From Chitinivibrionales bacterium (GTDB lineage Bacteria; Fibrobacterota; Chitinivibrionia; Chitinivibrionales; WJKA01): a stretch of 64,000 nt of DNA. Below the pieces are notes generated by a model, which did no database searches, was not told the DNA's origin, and saw nothing but the letters and a program-made list of their open reading frames with translations. Where the stretch lies: the NCBI GenBank assembly GCA_014728215.1, contig WJLZ01000080.1, positions 8,755 through 72,754 of the forward strand, given 5' to 3'. This document shows, piece by piece, positions 19,692-28,633 of this stretch (its first letter is position 1; each line of letters opens with the position of its first letter). The position numbers and the translations under genes were made by a program.

Positions 19692-21069
19692 TGGACAAAA
19701 AGAGAAGAGGTCGCCTTTTACCCAGAGGATCCCGCCACAGGCGCCCGATGTCGAGCGTGCGGTGTTGGGCTCCATGCTTATCGATGCAAGCAATGTTGCG
19801 ACGGCGATGGAAATTCTTGATGAAAACTGCTTTTATGTAACAGCCCATAAGCGTATTTATGAATGCATGGTTTCCATGTTCGATAAGGATGTGCCGTTGG
19901 ATGTTTTAACGCTTTCGGAAGAGCTTCGGAAGCGCGGATGGCTCGAATCGGTCGGCGCTGAGCCCTATCTCAGTGAACTGGTCGAAAGCATCGCAACATC
20001 GGCCAATATCGAGCACCATGCGAAAATTCTTTTAGAGAAATCCACCCTTCGCCAGTTAATCAGTATCGCTGCTGAAATTACGACCGAAAGTTTTGATTCG
20101 GAGCGTGTGGCACAGGAGATTCTCGACAATGCAGAGCAGAAAGTGTTCGGTATCTCCGAGGCCAGGGTCAAAGGTCAGTTCGAATCGATGCATGATCTTT
20201 TGCAGATTACCTTTCGTGATATCGAGCAGTATGCGCAGGAAGGCGGTGTTCAGGGGGTACGGAGCGGTTTTACCAAGCTCGATGAAATGATGGCCGGATT
20301 TCAGGCCGGTGATCTTATCATCGTTGCTGGCCGGCCCAGTATGGGAAAAACAGCATTCTGCCTTTCCCTTGCTCTCAACGCCTCTGTCCGTGCTTCCAAA
20401 CCAGTCGGAGTGGCGATATTTTCGTTAGAAATGTCAAAGTCTCAAATAGTCCAGCGTATGCTCTGTTCGGAGGCGAAAGTGAATATGCATGCCCTCCGGA
20501 GCGGACATCTGCCGAAAAGGGACTATCCCAAACTGAGTATGGCTGCAGGCCCTCTTTCACAGGCCCGGATTTTTATCGATGATACCCCTGGCATTACTAT
20601 CCTCGAGCTTCGGGCAAAAGCGCGTCGGTTGAAAGCTCAGCATAATGTCGGGCTTATTATAATCGATTATCTTCAGCTCATGGGTTCGGCTGTATCTGCA
20701 GAAAACCGGCAGCAGGAAATATCGCAGATTTCCCGCGCCCTCAAGGGGGTGGCAAAGGAGCTTAGTGTGCCGGTGATTGCGCTATCGCAGCTCTCACGGG
20801 CTGTTGAGCAGCGGGGCGGCGATCATCGGCCGCAACTCTCCGATCTCCGTGAATCCGGTGCAATTGAGCAGGATGCTGATGTTGTCATGTTCATTTTTCG
20901 TGAATCAGTGTATAATAAAGAACTGGACGATCATCGCAAAGGAGTTGCGGAGATTATCCTGAGGAAACAGCGAAACGGGCCGGTAGGAACCGCCGAGGTT
21001 GCTTTTGTGGAAGATTTTGCCAGTTTTGAAAACCTTGCTGAAATGCAGGTGGAGGATTCAGGATTTTGA
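19678..21069 (+). CDS. dnaB: Replicative DNA helicase
   Basis: AGRPSMGKT, FSLEMS, IIIDYLQLM, LSQLSRAVEQR, SDLRESGAIEQDAD, KQRNGP. No intein. Confidence 0.98.
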   Translation: MPKVNGQKEKRSPFTQRIPPQAPDVERAVLGSMLIDASNVATAMEILDENCFYVTAHKRIYECMVSMFDKDVPLDVLTLSEELRKRGWLESVGAEPYLSELVESIATSANIEHHAKILLEKSTLRQLISIAAEITTESFDSERVAQEILDNAEQKVFGISEARVKGQFESMHDLLQITFRDIEQYAQEGGVQGVRSGFTKLDEMMAGFQAGDLIIVAGRPSMGKTAFCLSLALNASVRASKPVGVAIFSLEMSKSQIVQRMLCSEAKVNMHALRSGHLPKRDYPKLSMAAGPLSQARIFIDDTPGITILELRAKARRLKAQHNVGLIIIDYLQLMGSAVSAENRQQEISQISRALKGVAKELSVPVIALSQLSRAVEQRGGDHRPQLSDLRESGAIEQDADVVMFIFRESVYNKELDDHRKGVAEIILRKQRNGPVGTAEVAFVEDFASFENLAEMQVEDSGF

Positions 21070-21860
21070 CATTCGGTATTGCAGGCCGGGTTGGACGATT
21101 GACCCTTTCAATCGTGCATAAACTGGCCGAATTCCTGAGAAACATAGCCCGTATTACCTATCTTATTTACAGTACGATAATGCGGCTGCCTCTTTTTGTG
21201 AAAAATGTTCCCCTGGCGATCGAGCAAATGTATGCCATCGGCATCGGCTCGCTTCCGCTGGTATCGATCATTGCAGTATTCCTGGGTGCCGAGACGGTTC
21301 TTCAGGCCGAGTATCAATTCAGGAACATTATTCCTCTTAAATATCTCGGAACCGCGGTATGTAAATCGATCACAAACGAACTTGGACCGGTGGTTACCAG
21401 TCTTGTGGTTTCCGGGCGGGTTGCGACGGCTATTGCCGCCGAAATCGGTTCCATGAAAACAACCGAACAGCTCGATGCCATGAATATACTCAATCTTGAT
21501 CCGATCAGGTATCTGATCGTTCCGAAAACCATCGCCTGCGTTATAATGATTCCGGCACTGGTTATCTGGAGCGAGCTTCTGGCTGTTCTCGGGTCGATTG
21601 TGACCGTGGCGCTGTCGCTTGACGTAACCATGTATACGTATGCCACCGGTCTCAAGCTCTTTTTTACGTCCGGGGACCTTTTCATGGGAATTGCCAAGAG
21701 CATGGTGTTCGGTGGGATTATTGCCGTTACCGGATGTTATTTTGGTTATGAGGCCAAAGGCGGTGCCAAAGGAGTCGGTAATGCGACCACAAGGGCGGTA
21801 ATGACCTCGGCGGTATTGATATTGATTTTTGATTTTTTAATTGCAGCGTTATTCTGGTAA
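21066..21860 (+). CDS. mlaE: MlaE-family lipid ABC transporter permease
   Basis: ELGPVVT, GRVATAIAAEIGSMKTTEQLDAM, GAKGVGNATTRAV. Confidence 0.92.
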   Translation: MTFGIAGRVGRLTLSIVHKLAEFLRNIARITYLIYSTIMRLPLFVKNVPLAIEQMYAIGIGSLPLVSIIAVFLGAETVLQAEYQFRNIIPLKYLGTAVCKSITNELGPVVTSLVVSGRVATAIAAEIGSMKTTEQLDAMNILNLDPIRYLIVPKTIACVIMIPALVIWSELLAVLGSIVTVALSLDVTMYTYATGLKLFFTSGDLFMGIAKSMVFGGIIAVTGCYFGYEAKGGAKGVGNATTRAVMTSAVLILIFDFLIAALFW

Positions 21861-21894
21861 ATGTTGCGGAACACGGAAATTGTAACAGTACACT

Positions 21895-22797
21895 ATGCTT
21901 AAAATCGAGCATTTAAAAAAGCATTTCGGCAGCCAGCTTGTACTCGATGACATCAACCTTGATGTTAATCAGGGGGACGTTCTTGCTATTATCGGAGAAT
22001 CGGGCGGCGGAAAGAGCGTTATCCTCAAGCATGTTATCGGCATGATGATTCCCGATGGTGGACGGATACTTTTTCGCGATAAGGTAATTAATTCTCCTAC
22101 CACCAAACCATCGGATTTCAACAAAATCCGGCATCATTTCGGTATGCTGTTTCAGGGAGCCGCACTTTTTGATTCCATGAGTGTTGGCGAAAATATCGCA
22201 TTTCCCCTTCGGGAGCGAACAAGCTATACCGAAGAAGAGATACAGGAGATCATGGAAGAGGCTCTGGAGATGGTTGGTTTGCAGAAGGCATTTCAGGAAA
22301 AGACGCCTGCGGAGCTGTCGGGAGGTATGCGGAGCCGTGTCGGTCTGGCCCGGGCGCTGGTGATGAAACCCGATATTATGCTCTATGATGAGCCCACCTC
22401 GGCACTCGATCCGATCATGACCGATAAGATCAACGATCTTATTCTCAGTTTGCGTGACAAGCTGAATATGACCTCGATTATTGTCACTCACGATATGGCC
22501 TCGGCCTATAAAACAGCCGACAAGATAGCGATGATCCGTTCGGGTAAGATCATATTCTCCGGGGCGCCCGGTGAAATCAGATCATCCCGGAATCCCTATA
22601 TCCAGCAGTTTATCCGCGGCCAGCGGAAACTTCATTATGCTGTGGAGGAAGAGAAATCATACGCTGCATCGGTTGATGTAGCAAAATTCAAGCGCCCTGC
22701 CGATATCAGCAAGCTTTTCAAAGCTTCCCAGCCGCCCGCAAAAGAATCGGAAAACCCAAAGGCGGCTGAAAATAGCGATACAGAAATTAATGAATAA
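21895..22797 (+). CDS. mlaF: MlaF-family ABC transporter ATP-binding protein
   Basis: GESGGGKS, LFQGAALFDSMSVGENIAFPL, LSGGMRSR, LYDEPTSALDP; adjacent to mlaE. Confidence 0.9.
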   Translation: MLKIEHLKKHFGSQLVLDDINLDVNQGDVLAIIGESGGGKSVILKHVIGMMIPDGGRILFRDKVINSPTTKPSDFNKIRHHFGMLFQGAALFDSMSVGENIAFPLRERTSYTEEEIQEIMEEALEMVGLQKAFQEKTPAELSGGMRSRVGLARALVMKPDIMLYDEPTSALDPIMTDKINDLILSLRDKLNMTSIIVTHDMASAYKTADKIAMIRSGKIIFSGAPGEIRSSRNPYIQQFIRGQRKLHYAVEEEKSYAASVDVAKFKRPADISKLFKASQPPAKESENPKAAENSDTEINE

Positions 22798-24166
22798 AAA
22801 AACAAAAACCGTTTATGTCTGCAATCAGTGTGGTGAAGATTTCCCGCGATGGCAGGGACGATGTACCAATTGCGGTTCCTGGAATACTATTTCGGAATTC
22901 AAAGAACCGCGGGTAAAAGGAAAACGCTCATCGGTAATGAGGGAACAGGCCGCTTCGGTTACCACCGTAGCCGATACCTCGAATCGTTCCTATGAGCGCA
23001 TCGAATGTCCCCGCTTTCCCGAAATCAACAAAGTCCTCGGTGGCGGGATGGTTCCCGGTGCGGTAATCCTTCTGGGAGGCGATCCGGGGATCGGAAAATC
23101 TACCCTTCTTGTCCAGCTCATGGCTGCGTTGAGTGGTGATGCGCAGAAAAAAGCACTCTATATTTCGGGTGAAGAATCTGTTGACCAGATCTCGCTCCGG
23201 GCGCAGCGATGTACGGCTGGTGGTTCCTCTCTTGCACTTCTGGCGGAAACATCGATCGAAAACATCCTTGCCCGGGTTCAGAGTGCAGAACCTGATATTA
23301 TTGTCATCGATTCAATACAGACAATGTATTCGGAGCAGCTTGACAGTGCGCCCGGAAGCGTCTCGCAGATACGGGAATGCGGCGCCCTGCTTCTCCGGTA
23401 CGCAAAGAATACCGGAACGGTGCTCTTTTTTATCGGTCACGTTACCAAAGATGGTGCCATTGCCGGACCGAAACTCCTCGAACATATGGTCGATACGGTC
23501 CTTTATTTTGAAGGAGATAATCATTATCAGTACCGGATTGTCAGGGCGGCAAAAAATCGCTTTGGCCCATCGGGGGAGATCGCTATTCTCGCCATGTCCG
23601 ATCGGGGGCTCGAAGAAGTCGAGAATCCGTCGGAAATATTTCTCCTCGACCATATCGCTTCACGGCCGGGAGCTTCAATCGTACCGATCATTGAAGGCAG
23701 CAGAGTGCTTGTTGTGGAACTTCAGGCGCTGGTGAACAGATCACATTTCGGATTGCCTCAACGGGTTGCATCGGGGGTTAATCCTAAAAAGCTTTCGCTG
23801 CTTCTTGCAGTATTGGAACGTTTCGGCGGAATAACGCTGGGTGATCATGACGTATTCTTCAATATTGCCGGCGGGCTCAGTGTTACGGAACCGGCAATCG
23901 ATCTGGGGATTGCTGCAGCAATCGCATCATCCTTTCTCAATCGTCCCATACGGAAAGGAACCGCTTTTCTGGGGGAGATCGGGCTGGGTGGCGAAATCCG
24001 TCCGGTGGGCAGAACAGACCTTCGTCTCAAAGAACTCGCCCGGTTAGGGTTTACAGAATGCTTTATCGCCGATCCGTCAAAGAAGACCGGCCGGGAGAAG
24101 GGTTCCGGGGGAATAACAACAATCGTATGCCGATCAATCGGAGAAATGAAAGACCGGATATTTTAA
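22790..24166 (+). CDS. radA: DNA repair protein RadA/Sms
   Basis: CNQCG...CTNCGSW zinc finger, GGDPGIGKST, KNRFG motif, Lon-like C-terminus. Confidence 0.97.
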   Translation: MNKKTKTVYVCNQCGEDFPRWQGRCTNCGSWNTISEFKEPRVKGKRSSVMREQAASVTTVADTSNRSYERIECPRFPEINKVLGGGMVPGAVILLGGDPGIGKSTLLVQLMAALSGDAQKKALYISGEESVDQISLRAQRCTAGGSSLALLAETSIENILARVQSAEPDIIVIDSIQTMYSEQLDSAPGSVSQIRECGALLLRYAKNTGTVLFFIGHVTKDGAIAGPKLLEHMVDTVLYFEGDNHYQYRIVRAAKNRFGPSGEIAILAMSDRGLEEVENPSEIFLLDHIASRPGASIVPIIEGSRVLVVELQALVNRSHFGLPQRVASGVNPKKLSLLLAVLERFGGITLGDHDVFFNIAGGLSVTEPAIDLGIAAAIASSFLNRPIRKGTAFLGEIGLGGEIRPVGRTDLRLKELARLGFTECFIADPSKKTGREKGSGGITTIVCRSIGEMKDRIF

Positions 24167-24268
24167 TAGTGCAAATATTTCGACCTCATCTTGAATAAAT
24201 GCGATATACGATGTATAATTTAATCCTGCCACAATAATATTATGGTACACTTCCAGGAGGGTGATATT

Positions 24269-25399
24269 ATGCGAAAATGCGTGGCTCTGTTGGCACTTCT
24301 TGCCGGTTTCTGTTTTGCACAGGAAGAAAATGTTATTGCTGAAGGGTTCGGGCAAGGCGTCAACCGTCAGGAAGCGCTTATGGCGGCAAAGCGCAATGCA
24401 GTCGAAAAAGGGATCGGCATGATTCTTCTTTCGCAAACCGAAGTTGAAAATTTTCAGCTCAAACGCGATCAGATTATTACCAAAACTATCGGAGCGGTAA
24501 AGGATTATGTAATAATTTCCGAGACCAAATCTCCCGATAACCTCTTTGAAATACAAATAAAGGCGACGCTTTCACGGTCGACAATGCACAAGGATCTGGC
24601 ATCATTTCATATACTCATCGAATCGATGAACAAGCCACGGGTGATGGTTGTAATTGATGAGAACAACGTTGGTAATGATGAGCCCACGAACAAAGCGGCG
24701 GAGACTGCATTGATAGGTTTTCTGCGTGATCCCTATGAGTTTGAACTGGTTGATCCCGAAGTCGTTGCATCGATTAGAAGTTCCAAAGAAAAAATGGTTT
24801 CGCTTTCCGGTGATGCCAAAGCTGCAGCGGCCCTGGGGTCCCGTTACGGCGCCGAAGTGGTGATCATGGGTAATGCGGTCGGTCGAAAAGCTGAAGGCAT
24901 GTCTAAAAGCCTTGGCGGCATGGTGTCGGTCCAGGCTGATGTGACCTTGAAGGCGATCAATTGCGCAACAGGAAGAATAATCGGGACTGCCGGCGGCCAC
25001 GCGGCAAAAGTCCATATCAGTCCCAATACCGCGGGGACCCAGGCCATTGCAAAAGCCACAGAAAAAGCGGGCAATAAACTTCTGGATGTAATTATGAAAG
25101 AGTGGCAGAATCAGCTTAATAATGGAATCCCGCTGACAATCGATATAAAAGAGGTCGCCTCGTTCAGAGACCGTAAAGCTGTTCTCTCAACGCTTCAGGC
25201 AATTACCGGCATTACCGCCGTGCGTGAACGCAATTGGGACAGCCAGAGCAAAGTCCTGAGCATAAATGTGCAGTACAAAGGTAATGCAAATGGCTTTTGC
25301 GAACGGGTTGATGGCTATAAAATGAGCTCCGGCGGTGGAAGTCTTGCGGTGACCGGCCTTAACGGCATGCAGGTCACTCTTGCGCTGCAGGTGATGTGA
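24269..25399 (+). CDS. Exported protein with FlgT-N-like and CsgG/FlgT-middle-like domains
   Basis: ATG at 24269 follows AGGAGG; signal peptide ending CFA. AEGFG...EALMAAKRNAVEK pattern, then PRVMVVIDE...GAEVVIMG...ATGRIIG. Domain call is by recall only. Confidence 0.65.
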   Translation: MRKCVALLALLAGFCFAQEENVIAEGFGQGVNRQEALMAAKRNAVEKGIGMILLSQTEVENFQLKRDQIITKTIGAVKDYVIISETKSPDNLFEIQIKATLSRSTMHKDLASFHILIESMNKPRVMVVIDENNVGNDEPTNKAAETALIGFLRDPYEFELVDPEVVASIRSSKEKMVSLSGDAKAAAALGSRYGAEVVIMGNAVGRKAEGMSKSLGGMVSVQADVTLKAINCATGRIIGTAGGHAAKVHISPNTAGTQAIAKATEKAGNKLLDVIMKEWQNQLNNGIPLTIDIKEVASFRDRKAVLSTLQAITGITAVRERNWDSQSKVLSINVQYKGNANGFCERVDGYKMSSGGGSLAVTGLNGMQVTLALQVM

Positions 25400-25415
25400 C
25401 TGATACTAATTTTAA

Positions 25416-26477
25416 ATGAATTCCCGAAAAAAAACAAAACCTGTCTTCGTTGGTCCGGTAGGTATCGGCGGTGATAATCCAGTGGTCATTCAGTCGATGA
25501 CCAACACGCCCACCGAGAATATCGATGCGACAGTGGCCCAGATCAAAGCACTGGCCGATGCTGGATGTCAAATAATCAGGGTTGCGCTTCCTCACCAGAA
25601 AGCGGTAAAGGCCTTTCGGAAAGTGAAGGAGCAGTCACCGATTCCGGTTGTTGCCGATATCCATTTCCAGGCATCCTATGCCGTTGCTGCAATCGAGGCG
25701 GGGGCGGATAAGGTACGGATAAATCCCGGAAATATCGGCGGTAAAGAAAAGGTGAAACTGGTTGTTGATGCCGCCCGGCAAGCCGGTATTCCGATTCGAA
25801 TCGGTGTCAACAGCGGGTCGGTCGAAAAAGACATCCTCGAAAAATACGGAAGCCCCACACCACGGGCACTTCTGGAAAGTGCACTCCGGTATATCGCTAT
25901 GATGGAGTCTTTCTCTTTTGATACCATTGTTCTTTCCATAAAGGCCAGCGATGTTCTTACTACAATCGATGCATGCAGGCTTTTATCGGAACACTGCGAA
26001 TATCCTCAGCATATCGGAATCACCGAATCGGGAACAGTGCGTACCGGTACGATCCGCTCTTCGGTCGGCGTCGGTGCACTTCTGGCCGAAGGCATCGGTG
26101 ACACGATCAGGGTTTCGCTCAGCGGTGATCCGGTGAATGAGATCTATGTTGCCCGGGAGGTCCTCAAATCGCTGGGACTGGTCTCCGGACCGGTTGTGAT
26201 CGCCTGTCCCACCTGCAGCCGCACACAAATCGATGTTTCCTCGCTGGCCGAAAAAGTTGAGGCCATGGTTGCAGGTATAACCGCTCCCATAAAAATCGCG
26301 GTAATGGGTTGCGTGGTCAATGGGCCGGGTGAAGCTAAAGAGGCGGATGTCGGTATTGCCGGTGGTAAAGATAAGGGACAGGTTTTTGTCCGGGGAGAAC
26401 CAAAGGAAACGGTTCCCTATGATCGTCTGCTCGAGGTTCTGGAAAAATATGTCCGGGAGATGGTTGGTTCCGAATAA
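25416..26477 (+). CDS. ispG: (E)-4-hydroxy-3-methylbut-2-enyl-diphosphate synthase
   Basis: VIQSMTNT, VADIHF, RINPGNIG, IGVNSGS, GDTIRVSL, CPTCSR, MGCVVNGPGE. Confidence 0.98.
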   Translation: MNSRKKTKPVFVGPVGIGGDNPVVIQSMTNTPTENIDATVAQIKALADAGCQIIRVALPHQKAVKAFRKVKEQSPIPVVADIHFQASYAVAAIEAGADKVRINPGNIGGKEKVKLVVDAARQAGIPIRIGVNSGSVEKDILEKYGSPTPRALLESALRYIAMMESFSFDTIVLSIKASDVLTTIDACRLLSEHCEYPQHIGITESGTVRTGTIRSSVGVGALLAEGIGDTIRVSLSGDPVNEIYVAREVLKSLGLVSGPVVIACPTCSRTQIDVSSLAEKVEAMVAGITAPIKIAVMGCVVNGPGEAKEADVGIAGGKDKGQVFVRGEPKETVPYDRLLEVLEKYVREMVGSE

Positions 26478-28250
26478 TCAAAAAACCTCAACCCGGTTCC
26501 TTCCATTCTGCTTTGCCCGGTAGAGCGCTTTGTCGGCTTTTTGAATGAGGCCGTCGCTTTTATTCGAATGCTTGCCGTAGATTGCGATCCCAAAGCTCAT
26601 TGATGCACTCATGTCTTCTCCGGATGGGGTCCTGAAAACCTGTTTGTTTATTTCCTGGCGAATACGGTCGACAGTCTCGATTGCACGCTGTTCAACGGTT
26701 TTAACCAGAATGAGGGCAAACTCCTCGCCACCATAGCGCGCCGAAATATCGATACTGTCGCGGATGCTCTCCTGCAGTTTCTTTGCGATTCCCCGGAGCA
26801 CCGTATCACCGAAAGGATGGCCGTGGGTATCGTTGATTTTTTTGAAGAAATCGATATCGCCGATTACAAGGGCAAGAGGATCATTGTACCGGGTAGATCG
26901 AATGATTTCATCCCTGAGCAGTTTCTGGAACTGGCGGTGATTATTCAGGCCGGTAAGACCGTCATGGGTAGCAAGGTTCCGCGCCTGTTCGAGAATCTGG
27001 ATTTTTTCGATAGCCAGTCCGGCCGAGGTCGCCAGACGGGACAGAAGGGCACGGTTGAAACCCGTAAAGGCGTCTTTCTGAGTCGACTCAAGAAGAATGC
27101 CGCCCTTGCATTCGTCAACACCAACCGGGTAGGCCAGAAAGGATCGCATTTCCTTTGATTTGGGTTCGCCGTCAAAATATCGTGTTTCATAATGGTTGGA
27201 AAAATTACGAAAGAAACACATGTTTTTCGAATACAGAAGACTGATAAGTGATTTTTCATTTAATGAGAACGATTGATCCAGAAATTGTTCGCCATTGGGG
27301 CCCCAGGCCCGTTTGATTGTGGCCGAATCGCCGGATTCGGATTTAAGGCTGATGGTCAGACGGTCGCATTGAATCGCAAAGGGGATAATTTCGGCCATTT
27401 TATCGAGAACCGCTTCGATTTCATGCTTCTGGAAGAAATACTTTTCGGTATTGCTCATTGCTGCGAACCGCACATACTTGAGTTTATGTTCGGTATGGAC
27501 ATAGGCATAATAGGCGGCTTGTCCGCACAGATGGCCGATAGTGCTCAGAAAAGTATGGTCTTCATCGGTAAAGTGCTTTTGTTCGGTACTGTCGACAATA
27601 ATTGTTCCGCGCTCGATACCTGCTGCGATGATCGGACTGGCCATCAACGAGCGGATACCCGCATCTTTGGTATAGTAATACAGTGTCATGCTGTCGGTAA
27701 CGATATCCTGCAGGTTGAGCTGCTTGAGGCCGTCTTTAAGAAAGCTTCCAATAACACCGACGCCGGGATAAATGACCGCTTCTTTATTGATGTTTTCGCT
27801 GCAGGAATCGAACCGCCGGATTTTATAGCCGCCGTCATCGCTGGGGAAAAAGAATGCAACCGTATGGGCATCGACCCGGGCCCTCACCAGGGCGATAAAT
27901 TTATCGAGAATTATATCAACAACATCTTCGATCTCTTTCCATTGCTCTTTTGAGTAAAGACTTCCCAGCACCGAAAGCTTGATCGTATTGTCTGCGGCAT
28001 TTACTTCCTTTTCAATCTGCGATGGAAGGGAAAGCATGCCTGAGCTGGAGGGGCGGGCAGGGGTCATGGCTCTTTTTCTGCTCACCGTCGGTCGCCTGAA
28101 ACCGATAAACAAACAGAGGGCACAGAGGAAAATGGCGAGAGGAAGGCAGAGTGCCTGCACATAGAGTGCTGCAAGATGAAGGATTATTCCTGCACATAAG
28201 ATCAGCGCTCCCGCAATTAACCAGTTTTTCTTTTCGAGTGATAAAAACAT
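26478..28250 (-). CDS. Diguanylate cyclase with N-terminal TM and two GAF-like domains
   Basis: HDGLTGL, DIDFFKKINDTHGHPFGD, RYGGEEF; central GAF-like regions (SLMASPI...GTIIVDS; SFLAYPV...GGILLES). Confidence 0.9.
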   Translation of the reverse strand: MFLSLEKKNWLIAGALILCAGIILHLAALYVQALCLPLAIFLCALCLFIGFRRPTVSRKRAMTPARPSSSGMLSLPSQIEKEVNAADNTIKLSVLGSLYSKEQWKEIEDVVDIILDKFIALVRARVDAHTVAFFFPSDDGGYKIRRFDSCSENINKEAVIYPGVGVIGSFLKDGLKQLNLQDIVTDSMTLYYYTKDAGIRSLMASPIIAAGIERGTIIVDSTEQKHFTDEDHTFLSTIGHLCGQAAYYAYVHTEHKLKYVRFAAMSNTEKYFFQKHEIEAVLDKMAEIIPFAIQCDRLTISLKSESGDSATIKRAWGPNGEQFLDQSFSLNEKSLISLLYSKNMCFFRNFSNHYETRYFDGEPKSKEMRSFLAYPVGVDECKGGILLESTQKDAFTGFNRALLSRLATSAGLAIEKIQILEQARNLATHDGLTGLNNHRQFQKLLRDEIIRSTRYNDPLALVIGDIDFFKKINDTHGHPFGDTVLRGIAKKLQESIRDSIDISARYGGEEFALILVKTVEQRAIETVDRIRQEINKQVFRTPSGEDMSASMSFGIAIYGKHSNKSDGLIQKADKALYRAKQNGRNRVEVF

Positions 28251-28261
28251 GTGAATGATAG

Positions 28262-28633
28262 TTAATCCCCAAGAATAGACTGCACTGTTTTTATTATATC
28301 ATCTTTGTCAAAAGGTTTTGGTATAACATCATTAAAGCCCAGAGTCATAAGACTTTTAACAGGATTTTTTTCGATAAATGACGTTAATGCGATGACTGGA
28401 ATCGATCGGGTCTCCGTCCCTTTTTTCAGGCGATTTATAAATCGTATGCCGTCCATAACCGGCATCATGATATCGGTAATGATAAGGTCGGGCATATGTT
28501 CCTGTGCGCAGTTGAGCCCGTCAAAACCGTTCAAGGCTGTGATGACTTCATATTTTCTGAACAGAACCACTTCGATAAGATCGAGTGTATCGTGGTCGTC
28601 ATCAACAACAAGGATTTTTTTCTTATTGCTCAT
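28262..28633 (-). CDS. Single-domain response regulator
   Basis: ILVVDDD, LIITDIMMPVMDG, PVIALTS, IPKPF. Confidence 0.93.
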   Translation of the reverse strand: MSNKKKILVVDDDHDTLDLIEVVLFRKYEVITALNGFDGLNCAQEHMPDLIITDIMMPVMDGIRFINRLKKGTETRSIPVIALTSFIEKNPVKSLMTLGFNDVIPKPFDKDDIIKTVQSILGD

